64,000 nucleotides of DNA from Treponemataceae bacterium (GTDB taxonomy: Bacteria; Spirochaetota; Spirochaetia; Treponematales; Rectinemataceae): the NCBI GenBank assembly GCA_963667725.2, contig CAXXHO010000005.1:640001-704000 (forward strand). Direction: 5' to 3'. The notes under the pieces are model-generated. The model searched no databases and was not told where the DNA came from. It saw only the letters and a program-made list of their open reading frames with translations. A program made the position numbers and the translations under genes. Below, one piece after another: positions 1-9,807 of this stretch (positions within the stretch are counted from its first letter, which is position 1; every line of letters begins with the position of its first letter).

Positions 1-226
1 TCAAAATGGCGGTCACTGCGCCGGCGTAACAGGCGAGCACATACACTCCCATGATCAATGCCAGAGCGTCGGTTGTCGCCCAGGTATATGAGATAGAGAC
101 TACCAAAGCCACACCCGTGATCGCCGAAAGCCCCGGCAATGCTCCGACAAGCAATCCAAGCACAGAACCAATGCCAACATAAAGGATGAACCGAACATCC
201 ATGACAGAAAGTATCTGCAGCACCAT
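1..226 (-). CDS. tctA: Tripartite tricarboxylate transporter permease TctA, N-terminal part (runs off window start)
   Basis: Manual translation MVLQILSVMDVRFILYVGIGSVLGLLVGALPGLSAITGVALVVSISYTW...YAGAVTAIL; the GxLVGALPGL motif is typical of TctA; follows tctC-tctB. Confidence 0.85.
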   Translation of the reverse strand, partial: MVLQILSVMDVRFILYVGIGSVLGLLVGALPGLSAITGVALVVSISYTWATTDALALIMGVYVLACYAGAVTAIL

Positions 227-250
227 GTTCCCCTATAATTTTAGCTGTTT

Positions 251-772
251 TCAGGCTAGATATACCTGTAATCCTATATTGAACACCACGTAAATTGTCA
301 GGCTGGTGAGAATCGGCACGAGCACTAACATCCACCATCTGCGTTCGTTTAATAGAAGCATCACTACAAACACATACGCAGCGGTCGATATAATAAATCC
401 GGAGAACATCATCAGAACGCCATATCCTATCGTAAGCAAGACCATCACGATCGTCTTTGTATTCTTACGTGCGCGGGCAGGCATGGGGGATGAAGAACTA
501 GCGTTTTCAATGGTTTTTGGCGTAAGCTTCCGAATCTCTTGAAAAAACATAATAGCGGATAATAGAATAAGTAGGCATCCCATAATAAAAGGAAACAATC
601 CCGGCGAGAGCGACCAATTGCCATAGCTGCCCATAGACAATGACATAATGGCTACAACAACACCAACAACAACCAGACAAGTGCTCTCAATGACGGCTTG
701 AAATCTTCTCATCACAACCCCACAACACGCGGTACAGGGATTCCCCTGTACCGCTATAGCGATTTTACGCAT
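251..772 (-). CDS. tctB: Tripartite tricarboxylate transporter TctB-family small membrane subunit (start may be 712)
   Basis: Four hydrophobic segments, SPGLFP motif, C-terminal YVVFNIGLQVYL; lies between tctC and tctA. Confidence 0.8.
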   Translation of the reverse strand: MRKIAIAVQGNPCTACCGVVMRRFQAVIESTCLVVVGVVVAIMSLSMGSYGNWSLSPGLFPFIMGCLLILLSAIMFFQEIRKLTPKTIENASSSSPMPARARKNTKTIVMVLLTIGYGVLMMFSGFIISTAAYVFVVMLLLNERRWWMLVLVPILTSLTIYVVFNIGLQVYLA

Positions 773-1780
773 TTATTTTCGAGGAATGCCAAATTTTTCC
801 GGGCTGTCCTTAGTGACGCCAGCATCATGCAAAAGCCAGCATACACGCGATGACCAATCTTTCCAGTATTCATTGACCGCGTCGCCAGTGATTTCATGAA
901 GCGTGTTATACGCTCTTGCGGCAAGGAACTCAGTCCAGACAGGGTCTTGGATCGCTTTTTTTGAGGCTTCTATCAGGATGTCTTTCACATGCTGAGGCGT
1001 GCCGGCGGGAACTAGCACGCAATTTGGAAAGCCTAAAGGTAAATATTTTTTTGAGTCCGAAACCACTTCGGTGAACGCTGGAACATCAGGAAGCCGCTTC
1101 GCTCGTTTATCGGTGAACACCGCGAGGGCTCGGAGATCGCCCGAATCAAGATAACCGAAAGTCGTGGTCAAATTGGCGAAGGTAAAGTCCACTTGTCCGC
1201 CCATTACCGCGGTCATGCCAGCCGAACCGCCGCCGAATGGCGTCATCGATGTCTCAAACCCCATTTTCTTAAGTAACAAACCCTGAATATGCCCCGACGC
1301 ACCCGGACCGGAATATGCCATCTTAATTTTTCCGGGGTTGGCCTTGATCGCGGAAATCAAGTCGCCGAGCGTTTTGTAAGGAGAATTGCCCTTAACCACG
1401 ATCGCTTTCGTATCTTCCACCATCATTATGATGCCATCAAAAGCGGAGAACGACACATTGCCGATTCCCATCACTTCGAAAGTCCCCGGCGTCTCGGCGG
1501 AGAACAACACAGTATATCCATCTGCCGGCCTTTGGGCAGCGTACAATGTCCCGATGGAACCCGAAGCTCCCGGCTTATTTAGCACCACAATGGGCACTGA
1601 TAGATAGTTTTTTAATGCTTGGACATAGGTACGAGCAACGATATCCGTTCCATCGCCTGGATTCCATGGCACGATCAAATTGATCGCCTTTGTCGGGTAG
1701 TTTATGGTACCCTTGGTCTGGGCTGACACAGCGGCGAACGCGCAAAGCAACGTCAAACACACCAACAAACCCTTTTTCAA
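773..1780 (-). CDS. tctC: Tripartite tricarboxylate transporter substrate-binding protein (TctC/Bug family)
   Basis: Signal peptide, YPTKAINLIVPWNPGDGTDIVAR, NKPGASGSIG, PADGYT motifs; TTG start at 1780 preceded by AAGGAGG. Confidence 0.9.
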   Translation of the reverse strand: MKKGLLVCLTLLCAFAAVSAQTKGTINYPTKAINLIVPWNPGDGTDIVARTYVQALKNYLSVPIVVLNKPGASGSIGTLYAAQRPADGYTVLFSAETPGTFEVMGIGNVSFSAFDGIIMMVEDTKAIVVKGNSPYKTLGDLISAIKANPGKIKMAYSGPGASGHIQGLLLKKMGFETSMTPFGGGSAGMTAVMGGQVDFTFANLTTTFGYLDSGDLRALAVFTDKRAKRLPDVPAFTEVVSDSKKYLPLGFPNCVLVPAGTPQHVKDILIEASKKAIQDPVWTEFLAARAYNTLHEITGDAVNEYWKDWSSRVCWLLHDAGVTKDSPEKFGIPRK

Positions 1781-1834
1781 AATGAATTCCTCCTTGCTCA
1801 TGCGAATCAGCGCATGAGAAAACTCACCTATATG

Positions 1835-1863
1835 AGTTTAGGGGGATTATGCTTTCCTGTCAA
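1835..1863 (-). promoter_or_regulatory. Putative sigma70 promoter of tctCBA
   Basis: TTGACA-N17-TAAACT on the minus strand. Confidence 0.55.
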
Positions 1864-1992
1864 GCAAAATATTTCATTTAATTAGCATTATGCATTTACA
1901 TATGAAATATATTGCAATAATAAATATTAATATTTAATTATTATATATTATATATATATTTATATAAGTTCATGCTGCAGAATATCATGCTA

Positions 1993-2020
1993 TTGACAAG
2001 GCTGTAATCCATTCTATACT
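1993..2020 (+). promoter_or_regulatory. Putative sigma70 promoter of the MFS gene
   Basis: TTGACA-N16-TATACT. Confidence 0.55.
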
Positions 2021-2125
2021 CTTGGTTTGAACTAGTTTATTAACAATATTTGATCATTAATGCATACTTTACTGAAATTATTTTCAGTAAAGTATGTCCA
2101 AATGGAAAAGGATGCATCATATAAT

Positions 2126-3379
2126 ATGAAACGATCTGAAGTCATCAGAAACACCATGTTTGCGTTCCTCGTGATCTCCTACTTCTTTTCCTACTTTTTC
2201 CGTGTATCCACCTCAGTGGTGTTGCCAATCCTGCAACAGGAATGGGGTTTTAGCGCGGCCTTGGCTGGGTTTATCTCTAGCATGTACTTCTATACCTATG
2301 CCATGATGCAACCTCTATGCGGGATGCTGAATGACAAGATCGGTCCCACCTTAGTGGTGGGCGTCGGCATTATCATAACAAGCATAGGATCCATAATTTT
2401 CGGTTTGGGAAATTTTCCTGCAGCGCTTGTTGTCGGCCGACTTCTGATGGGCATCGGATTATCCCCCATGTTGAGCGGATTATTAGTATATCAAAGCACG
2501 AACTTTTCCACTGCGCGTTATACATCGCTATCCGGACTTTCCATGATGGTAGGAAACATGGGGGCGGTGTTTTCGGTAGCTCCTTTATCGCTCGCCATAC
2601 ATCATTGGGGACGCCTGACGGTGTTCTCTAGCTTAAGCCTCGCCACATTAGCCATAGCGGCGGTCCTGCTTGCTTATAGTCTCTCAAGAGCGCGCGCTCC
2701 CCATAACGGCGCTTCATTCAGATCGCTCCTCGCGTCGCAATTCCGCATGGCTTTCTCTACCGTCAAAGCCTCGCGCGAAATCAAGCTGATCACCATGATA
2801 TGGATGGTATCTTTCGGCGCACTCATGTCCTTCCAAGGGCTATGGGCGGTCTCTTGGTTTTCAGCCGCCTACCCTCGGGACGCCGGGCTTGCCAGCCTCA
2901 GCGCAACGATGATCGGCATTGGCGTAATGGCGGGGAATATTATTGGTGGCGCGCTAGGGAAAGTGCCTTCGAAACGACACAGGATTGTTAGCGCGTGTGT
3001 CTATCTTACCGCAACGATGTGGGTATTGGTCATCCTCTGTTTCTGGCGACAAGCCCCCCTCGCGTTGACAGTGGCTGCGGCGACATTCCTAGGCATCACC
3101 AATGGTGTCTCCTTTGTGCAATTCACCGCTGCGATCAATGATCTGGCTCCGGTAGGACAAGGCGGTTCCGTGTTCGGGATCACTAATTTCTTCACCTTCA
3201 CCTGCGTGATCCTTTTCCAGTGGGGGACTGGATCACTCATCGGATGGTTTGGCCATCAAATGGGTTCAGCAGAAGCCTATCTTTCAACATTCCTGATCGT
3301 GACGCTCAGTATGGTTATTCCCTGTGTTGCGGCGGCCATACTCGCACCGTTTTCCCGTGTAGCCATGCCTAAGGCCTAA
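2126..3379 (+). CDS. MFS transporter (start uncertain, 2060-2126)
   Basis: About 12 TM segments; GMLNDKIGP resembles MFS motif A; YFFSYFFRVS N-terminus. Confidence 0.85.
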   Translation: MKRSEVIRNTMFAFLVISYFFSYFFRVSTSVVLPILQQEWGFSAALAGFISSMYFYTYAMMQPLCGMLNDKIGPTLVVGVGIIITSIGSIIFGLGNFPAALVVGRLLMGIGLSPMLSGLLVYQSTNFSTARYTSLSGLSMMVGNMGAVFSVAPLSLAIHHWGRLTVFSSLSLATLAIAAVLLAYSLSRARAPHNGASFRSLLASQFRMAFSTVKASREIKLITMIWMVSFGALMSFQGLWAVSWFSAAYPRDAGLASLSATMIGIGVMAGNIIGGALGKVPSKRHRIVSACVYLTATMWVLVILCFWRQAPLALTVAAATFLGITNGVSFVQFTAAINDLAPVGQGGSVFGITNFFTFTCVILFQWGTGSLIGWFGHQMGSAEAYLSTFLIVTLSMVIPCVAAAILAPFSRVAMPKA

Positions 3380-3439
3380 ATCCTTGCACACACTGCATCA
3401 TGTCTAACCACGAAGACTGGTTATTGGGTACATATCTCT

Positions 3440-4516
3440 CTATTTACGTATTGAAGTGCTACCGCGTGGCACAATCGTCACATCAAACACAATGTCCTGA
3501 ACATTTTCATGTTTAATCATGCGGTTGAGGATATCAACCGAGCTTTCGCCCATCCTCCTGGACGGCTGTTCAACACTGGTGAGTTGCGGGTCGGTGAATC
3601 GCGCTAGTTCGCTATTGTCCCAGCTCATCACCGAGATATCGCGCGGTACGCTGAAGCCGTGCGTTTTATAGGTGTCAAGAACCCCTGATGCCATAGTGTC
3701 GGACGTGGCGATGATCCCATCAATAGCAGGCGCTTTGCCAATAAGCTCAGCGGCTGCCATCTTTCCGCCTTCAAAACTCCATGGGGCAATAGCCACAAGC
3801 AATGGATCGTATGGTATTTTAAATTCAGCGAGCGCCTTAAGGTATCCTCTAAAACGGTCAAGGCTGGCGAATCCACCCAAGGTCGCGGGATCCTTAACAA
3901 GCTCGACAATGTCCATGCCTCCAAAAGGGAACTCCCACACCCCAATAATAAACCCGATATTTTTCCTTCCCAAGCTAAGCATATAGCGAGTAGCTACATA
4001 TCCCCCAGTGATGTTGTCGGTATAGACATGAGGTTTGCCAGGAAGAACGTTGCGCCTTGCCACGACTACCGTCGGTATATCCTTGAACAGGTCTAGCTCA
4101 GGAGGATTCGCTCCCTCCCAAGAGGCAACAGGTACATAGAGCAACCCTTCCAAGTGGAGATGGGACATCTGGCCAAGCAACTGACGCTCATCGGTACGGC
4201 TTCGGCTTGCCGAAGCCACCACGATCATATAACCATGCGACCTAGCCACTTCCATGGCTCCCGCTGCGATAGTGGCAAAGTAGTTATGCTCAATATCGGG
4301 AACAATCAATCCTATTGTCCTTGTATCGATATCCTTCGTTTGCCGTAGGTGAGCGGTGCTGTACCCAGCCCAGTCTTTCTTTCTAAGAACCTTCTCGATA
4401 CTTTTAGCTGATTCCTGCCTTATAAGCGTACCGCTGAGGTATCGAGAAACCGTCGCAACAGATACATTCGCTTCTTGAGCGATATCCTTTAGTCGTACCT
4501 GACCTTTTCGGCTCAT
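3440..4516 (-). CDS. LacI-family transcriptional regulator
   Basis: LKDIAQEANVSVATVSRYL HTH, sugar-binding domain, PQLTSVEQP. Confidence 0.92.
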   Translation of the reverse strand: MSRKGQVRLKDIAQEANVSVATVSRYLSGTLIRQESAKSIEKVLRKKDWAGYSTAHLRQTKDIDTRTIGLIVPDIEHNYFATIAAGAMEVARSHGYMIVVASASRSRTDERQLLGQMSHLHLEGLLYVPVASWEGANPPELDLFKDIPTVVVARRNVLPGKPHVYTDNITGGYVATRYMLSLGRKNIGFIIGVWEFPFGGMDIVELVKDPATLGGFASLDRFRGYLKALAEFKIPYDPLLVAIAPWSFEGGKMAAAELIGKAPAIDGIIATSDTMASGVLDTYKTHGFSVPRDISVMSWDNSELARFTDPQLTSVEQPSRRMGESSVDILNRMIKHENVQDIVFDVTIVPRGSTSIRK

Positions 4517-4862
4517 GCAAACTCCATATCATGCATTCATTGGGGATCAAAGGACTTGTCTCGGTCAGCTCATGAAAGCACGCAGCTGAATGAAACTATT
4601 TTCAATCAACTGAATATTATTTCAATAATATAATAAACACAAGAACTTAATGCATAACTTCCGCGTATAACATGGGGATAATGGTGTCATCTGGATTTCG
4701 TGAAAAATTAAAAAATCTATCCTCTGGCAGAATCAAGGCAGCGAGGTCGCAAGCGAGAGTTGTCAAATCCTTGTCTACAGGGACAGCAACGAAGGTTCGT
4801 TCGGCCACCTCGATCGGCCTAAAGCCATTTCAATGAGTTAACCGACGGCCGATACGGTGTCT

Positions 4863-5426
4863 CTAGATGGACCAAACATCGCTGGCTGACCGCACGATTC
4901 CATCCGTGGCAGCCGCGCTTTCCGCCAACGCGTTAATCCGCGAGAAGACCTCGCAGGTATAGCAGTACCGCTCGCCGATCCCGGAAGCTTTCGCGGAGGC
5001 GCAGAGACCGCCCGTGAAAAACCAGCAGAAGTGGCCTTCGCCCGTCACGTAGGCGATACATTCCTTGCGCGACTCATCGGAACAGGACTTCATCGACCAG
5101 CAGGGGTTTTCGTGGGCAAAAGACTTTTCGTTCAGTTTGAAAAGGAGGAAGTAGAGCATTCTCTCGACGTTCGAAGGAACCTTGCGCCAGCCCTGCTCAT
5201 AGCTTTCCACCGCCTTGGGCGATATGCCGAGAAGGCGCGCCAGCTCGCGCTGACTTTTTCCGAGAAGCGCCCTTGCCCTGGTGAATCCCGCCTTGTCCAT
5301 GGGACGGAGCTCGGGAAGCGCGCCAGCAGTCGGGATAGCGCCCCTTTCGGGACTCGCTTCAGGGTTTTTCTCAGAGCCAGTTTTAAAACCTATGTTAATA
5401 CCCACGTTGTCGCCAGCCTTTCCCAT
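4863..5426 (-). CDS. XRE-family HTH regulator with Cys-rich (two CW motifs) C-terminal domain
   Basis: SQRELARLLGISPKAVESYEQGWR HTH; CW..C..C..CW..C..CxxC cluster. Confidence 0.75.
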   Translation of the reverse strand: MGKAGDNVGINIGFKTGSEKNPEASPERGAIPTAGALPELRPMDKAGFTRARALLGKSQRELARLLGISPKAVESYEQGWRKVPSNVERMLYFLLFKLNEKSFAHENPCWSMKSCSDESRKECIAYVTGEGHFCWFFTGGLCASAKASGIGERYCYTCEVFSRINALAESAAATDGIVRSASDVWSI

Positions 5427-5447
5427 GATCGCAGCCCCCCATAGCGC

Positions 5448-5478
5448 TACCACTGCGTGGTATTACCACTGCGTGGTA
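5448..5478. promoter_or_regulatory. Tandem pair of identical palindromes TACCAC-TGC-GTGGTA, probable operator
   Basis: Exact copies at 5448-5462 and 5464-5478 just upstream of the XRE gene. Confidence 0.55.
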
Positions 5479-5541
5479 GTGCTATTCTCACACCGATTGG
5501 AGGGCTTGATCAAGAGCGCGGCGACAAGGACGAAGGCCCGC

Positions 5542-6345
5542 TCAGAAAGCCGGGACCACCCCGCCGCCATAGGTCTTGAGAATGAAATCCTTCACTTTCT
5601 GCGAGGTGAGCGCCTTCGCAAGCGCCACGATGCGCGGATCCTTCGTCTCGCCCTTCCTCACCACGAGAATGTTGGCGTAAGGGGAGTCCCCGCCCTCGAG
5701 GAGAAGCGAATCCTTCACCGGGTTGAAGCCAGCCTGCAGCGCGTAGTTACCGTTGATGATGGCTCCCGCCACGTCCAGGAGCGTGCGCGGAAGCTGCGGC
5801 GCCTCGATCTCCTTAAACTGGAACTTCTTGGGATTCTCGGCGATGTCCCTCGTCGTCGCCTCAAGACCGGCATTGGCCCTGAGCTTGATCAGTCCCTTGG
5901 ACTGGAGGAATATCAGCGCCCGCCCCTCGTTGGTCGGATCATTGGGAATCGCTATCATCGCGCCAGCGGGAAAGTCGGAAACCTTCTTGTATTTCTTGGA
6001 ATAAAGCCCGAGCGGCTCGACATGGACGGCCACGGCGCTTTCAAGGTCGAGTTTGCGCGCCGACGCGAAGGCCTCGAGGTAGGGAAGGTGCTGGAAAAAG
6101 TTGGCGTCCAGCTGCTTCTCCGCCAGGGCGATGTTCGGCGTGACATAGTCGGAGAATTCGACGATATCGAGCTTGATGCCCTGGACGGCGAGATCGGCCT
6201 TGATCACGTTGAGAATCTCGGCATGGGGAACGGCGGTCGCTCCGACCTTGAGACTGGTCTGGGCGGCGCCTTGGGCCGCGCCCTGCGCGATCGCCGTGAG
6301 GGCGATGACGCCGGCAATGAGTATCCTGAAAAATCCGCGGTTCAT
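5542..6345 (-). CDS. metQ: MetQ/NlpA-family methionine ABC transporter substrate-binding protein
   Basis: VGATAVPHAEIL, FSDYVTPN, LDANFFQHLPYL, IPNDPTNEGRAL. Confidence 0.92.
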   Translation of the reverse strand: MNRGFFRILIAGVIALTAIAQGAAQGAAQTSLKVGATAVPHAEILNVIKADLAVQGIKLDIVEFSDYVTPNIALAEKQLDANFFQHLPYLEAFASARKLDLESAVAVHVEPLGLYSKKYKKVSDFPAGAMIAIPNDPTNEGRALIFLQSKGLIKLRANAGLEATTRDIAENPKKFQFKEIEAPQLPRTLLDVAGAIINGNYALQAGFNPVKDSLLLEGGDSPYANILVVRKGETKDPRIVALAKALTSQKVKDFILKTYGGGVVPAF

Positions 6346-6593
6346 GTGAACCTCCTGGGGTGAGTTATCGATGCCTCAAGGCATCGCGTGGAGACTGGGG
6401 TGAGGATATGATCTTTCTGGAGAAGCTGGTTTAGATGAGGGAGATAGCGCGCGCCTTGCGCCCGGCGGATTGCGGCCCGAGATGGCCGCTCCGCATGAAA
6501 CATACGAACAGTCTATGCGCTTTCATGGTTTCTCTTGGCGGCTAGAATGCCGTATCGGCCATGTTTCTGTCAATCAGTATTTCGCGTTAAAAG

Positions 6594-6629
6594 AAAGGCT
6601 GTCCGGGAAGCGATTCCGGGACAGCCTTT
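6594..6629 (-). terminator. Rho-independent terminator-like hairpin downstream of the reductase gene
   Basis: AAAGGCTGTCC...GGACAGCCTTT inverted repeat with A/T tails. Confidence 0.65.
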
Positions 6630-6704
6630 TACAGACGGTGAAGACTAAGCTGGAAAAAATCCCGGCCGGCTAAACCAAAAATCTATCGAAGAATCATTCC
6701 AAGA

Positions 6705-8666
6705 TCATTTCTGGGCGGCAGCGCTCGCGCCCGCTATCCTTCCGAAGACCATGATGTCGGCGATGGCGTTGCCGCCCAGGCGGTTGCCCGCATGGATGCC
6801 ACCGGTCACTTCGCCGGCGGCGAAGAGTCCGGGAATGGCCTTTCCGGCCGCGTTGAGAACGCGCGCCTGCGTGTCGATAGCCAGACCGCCCATCGTGTGG
6901 TGGACCGAGGGCGAGCGCGGCGTGGCGTAGAAGGGCCCCTGCGTGAGCTTGGGACCGAAGTTGCGCTTGCCGAAATCGGGATCGGCTCCCTTTTCGATGT
7001 AGCTATTGTACTTCTCGATCTCGAAGCTGAGGGCGCCGGGGACCATGCCAAGCTGCGTCTCGAGACCGGCGAGGGTGTCGGCCTTGTAGACGTCATGGTT
7101 CTTGATCAGGGTATCGATGTCGTCGCCCCAGCCATTCTTGCCGCCCGGCTGAGGATTGCCCGCCGTGACCTGGTCGCAGATGATGTAGAAGAGGCCTTTG
7201 TCCTGCTTGAGCGCCCCGGCGGCGAGAACGTCGCGCTCGGCGTACTCGTTCACGAAGCGTTTGCCCTGGCTGTTGACGAAAACCTGGCTCTCGGCGCTGC
7301 CCCAGAGGCCGCCCGCGAGGGAGCCCGAAACAGGATGAGAGGAGGGCATGAGCTGGATGAAACCCATACCAACGAGGCTGGCGCCGGCCTTCTCGCCCAT
7401 GACGATGCCGTCGCCGGTGGTGGTCGGGGCGTTGGTGGTGGGCATGGTGAGAGGCATCGCGGGCCAGTAGGTGTTGTACTTGGCGCGCATCTCGGGATTG
7501 GCGCCGAAGCCGCCGGTGGCCATGACGACGCCTTTGGAAGCCTTGAGCGTGACCTTCGTGCCGTCGACCTTGGTCGCCTTCACGCCCACGACAACGCCCT
7601 TGGCCATGATGAGCTCATCGGCCTTGGTTTCGAGAAGGATCTCGACGCCCAGCTTTTTCGCGTTGTCGGCGAGGGTGCCGATGAAGCCGGTGCCCACGGG
7701 TTTCGCGCTGCCGTGGGTTCGGGGCCAGAGGGCGCCGAGAACGGTGCTGATCTCTTTTTTGAAGGGGAGCCCGAGAGACTCGAGCCACTGCATGGCCTTG
7801 GGGGAGTTCGTCGTCAGCGTCCGCACGAGCTCCAGGTCGCCGTGTATGGCGTTGCCCTTGAGATCGACGCGCTTGCCGCCGAAATAGGTCTGCATCATGT
7901 GGAGCTCAACAGAGTCGAAGAGCTTGTCGGAACCCGAAGCGACATAGGTACGGATCTGGTCCTTGAGGATCCTGAGGGTAGGACCATACTCGCCCACCGA
8001 AGCTTCGTCGATGTCGAGGAAGGACTTGAGGTCGCCGAGAAGGGGCGCCGTCATCTTGACCGCGTCCTGCCGCGAAGGATCCACGGCGTTGTAGGCGCCG
8101 CCTGCCCTGATCGTGTTTCCGCCCAGGGCGGGGGCTTTTTCGATAAGGATGACCTTGGCGCCCTTCTCCGCCGCTGATACGGCGGCCGCGAGGCCGGCGC
8201 CGCCGCCGCCGATGATCACCACCTCCGTCGACTTCTCGACGGCGGCGCCGGCGGCCTTCTTCACCTCGGCCTGCTTGCCCATAAGCGCTTCCACCGAACC
8301 GCCAGCCTGCTTCACGCAGTCGGCCACGGCTTCGAGTATGGCATCGCTCGTGAGCGTGACGCCCGACACGACGTCGATGGCGAGAGACTGGCTCTTGACG
8401 ATGGCCTCGGGCACCCGCGCGATGGCCGTATCGCTGATTCCCGGCGTCTCGCCATGCTTCACGATCTCGACCTTCTTGATCGCGTCGGCCGAGAAGGTAA
8501 CCTTTACCGCCACGGGGCCGTTCTTGCCGTTCGCCTCAGCCGTGTAGGTCCCCGCCTTGAAAGCGGCCGCCTTGGCCGTTTCGGGCTTGGTCGCGCAGGC
8601 GACGATGGACAGGACCGCCAACACGCAGACGAGGGCGAGGGCGGCGCTTTTCATGAATTTCTTCAT
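6705..8666 (-). CDS. Flavocytochrome c / fumarate-urocanate reductase-like lipoprotein with N-terminal FMN-binding domain
   Basis: Lipobox IVAC; FMN_bind domain with DVVSGVTLTS; GGGGAGLAAA FAD motif; HHTMGG; GIHAGNRLGGNAI. Confidence 0.88.
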   Translation of the reverse strand: MKKFMKSAALALVCVLAVLSIVACATKPETAKAAAFKAGTYTAEANGKNGPVAVKVTFSADAIKKVEIVKHGETPGISDTAIARVPEAIVKSQSLAIDVVSGVTLTSDAILEAVADCVKQAGGSVEALMGKQAEVKKAAGAAVEKSTEVVIIGGGGAGLAAAVSAAEKGAKVILIEKAPALGGNTIRAGGAYNAVDPSRQDAVKMTAPLLGDLKSFLDIDEASVGEYGPTLRILKDQIRTYVASGSDKLFDSVELHMMQTYFGGKRVDLKGNAIHGDLELVRTLTTNSPKAMQWLESLGLPFKKEISTVLGALWPRTHGSAKPVGTGFIGTLADNAKKLGVEILLETKADELIMAKGVVVGVKATKVDGTKVTLKASKGVVMATGGFGANPEMRAKYNTYWPAMPLTMPTTNAPTTTGDGIVMGEKAGASLVGMGFIQLMPSSHPVSGSLAGGLWGSAESQVFVNSQGKRFVNEYAERDVLAAGALKQDKGLFYIICDQVTAGNPQPGGKNGWGDDIDTLIKNHDVYKADTLAGLETQLGMVPGALSFEIEKYNSYIEKGADPDFGKRNFGPKLTQGPFYATPRSPSVHHTMGGLAIDTQARVLNAAGKAIPGLFAAGEVTGGIHAGNRLGGNAIADIMVFGRIAGASAAAQK

Positions 8667-8771
8667 ACCAACTCCTTGTACATGGGATCCGGCAACGAGA
8701 CGAGCCTTCCCGGACGCGTTGCCGCGCCTAAAGGCCGGTCTCTTCGATGCTCGGACCCGTACAAGTGTCGG

Positions 8772-8802
8772 ATGGTAAAGTGTGGGGTAACCACGCGGTC
8801 AA
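8772..8802 (-). promoter_or_regulatory. MerR-type promoter (19-bp spacer with dyad) for the reductase
   Basis: TTGACC-N19-TACCAT with GTGG-N5-CCAC dyad in the spacer. Confidence 0.65.
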
Positions 8803-8813
8803 GCGATAAAATA

Positions 8814-9638
8814 TTATTTTATCGAAAAACCCAAAGAAATATAGTAGAGCCTTCCCTTCTCGGTTTCGCAGAAGGTGGCGAGAAGACCGGTAAGATCGCT
8901 CGCGATCTCGACGCCCAGCGATTCCGCTGTCTCGAAGATGCCGTTGAGGTCGCTCTTCCTGAGCGAGAAAGGATCGTAGGTGGCCACGAGGGTGCAGAGG
9001 TTTTTTGATTTCGCGAAAAAAGAAACAGGGGGACTGAGGTCGAAATCGAAAGCCTTCGCCCATTCCTCGCGCACGCCGACGCCGATGGACACGGGAAGCC
9101 TGTCCACGGCGGGGTCGACAAGGCTCTCGCGGGGGACGTTGAGGGCGACGCAGGTGTATTGGGGATGAGTCATCCACTGATCCAGGATGCGGAGGGCGGC
9201 GCGGCTTCGCTGTCCGCCTTCGCCAAAAAGAATGAGGCGATAAAGATTGAAGACTTCCTCCGCCCCGCGCAGCTCCACCCGGCCCATGCGCGAGGGGATG
9301 GCGGTGAGCATCTCCCTTTGCTGGCGCACCCGGGCGAGTTTGAGCCGGAGCGACTCCAGCTCGGCCTCGAGAGCGGTCTCGTGCGCGGCGTAGAGTTCGG
9401 CCTGTTCCTCGATGCCGGCGTTGGCCTTGTCTATGATGGCCGGTATGGGCAGCTCGAGTCCGCGGCAAATCCTCGTCAGGAGCATGTCCACGGCGTTGGC
9501 CGCCGAATATTTGCGGTAATTGTTCGGCGCCACCCCTTCGGGAGCGATGATGCCGCGACTCACGTAGTGCCTCAGGGTTTCGCCGGTGACGCCGGTCAGT
9601 CTGCAGAACTCCCTGGCGCCAAAGCTGGTCGTGTCCAT
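8814..9638 (-). CDS. MerR-family transcriptional regulator
   Basis: AREFCRLTGVTGETLRHYVSRGII...NNYRKY HTH followed by a coiled coil. Confidence 0.85.
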   Translation of the reverse strand: MDTTSFGAREFCRLTGVTGETLRHYVSRGIIAPEGVAPNNYRKYSAANAVDMLLTRICRGLELPIPAIIDKANAGIEEQAELYAAHETALEAELESLRLKLARVRQQREMLTAIPSRMGRVELRGAEEVFNLYRLILFGEGGQRSRAALRILDQWMTHPQYTCVALNVPRESLVDPAVDRLPVSIGVGVREEWAKAFDFDLSPPVSFFAKSKNLCTLVATYDPFSLRKSDLNGIFETAESLGVEIASDLTGLLATFCETEKGRLYYISLGFSIK

Positions 9639-9807
9639 TCCGTCCGGTTTTCCTTTCCTCGAAAAGACTAAAGGTCGCGCCGAGTATAACCTTTCGCCCG
9701 GAAAAGCTTCAATCAGGCCGTTGGGCGGGAGGGCCGGCGCCGCGGCCTTCAGAGCCAGCCCCCCCCGCCCGCTTGCGCCAAAAGCGCATCGCCGTTATGC
9801 TTTTCCC

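Noticed and set aside
1915..1968. Extremely AT-rich (TA)n tract
   Set aside because: Lies in a divergent promoter region of the low-GC islet; no iterons, DnaA boxes or rep gene to suggest an origin
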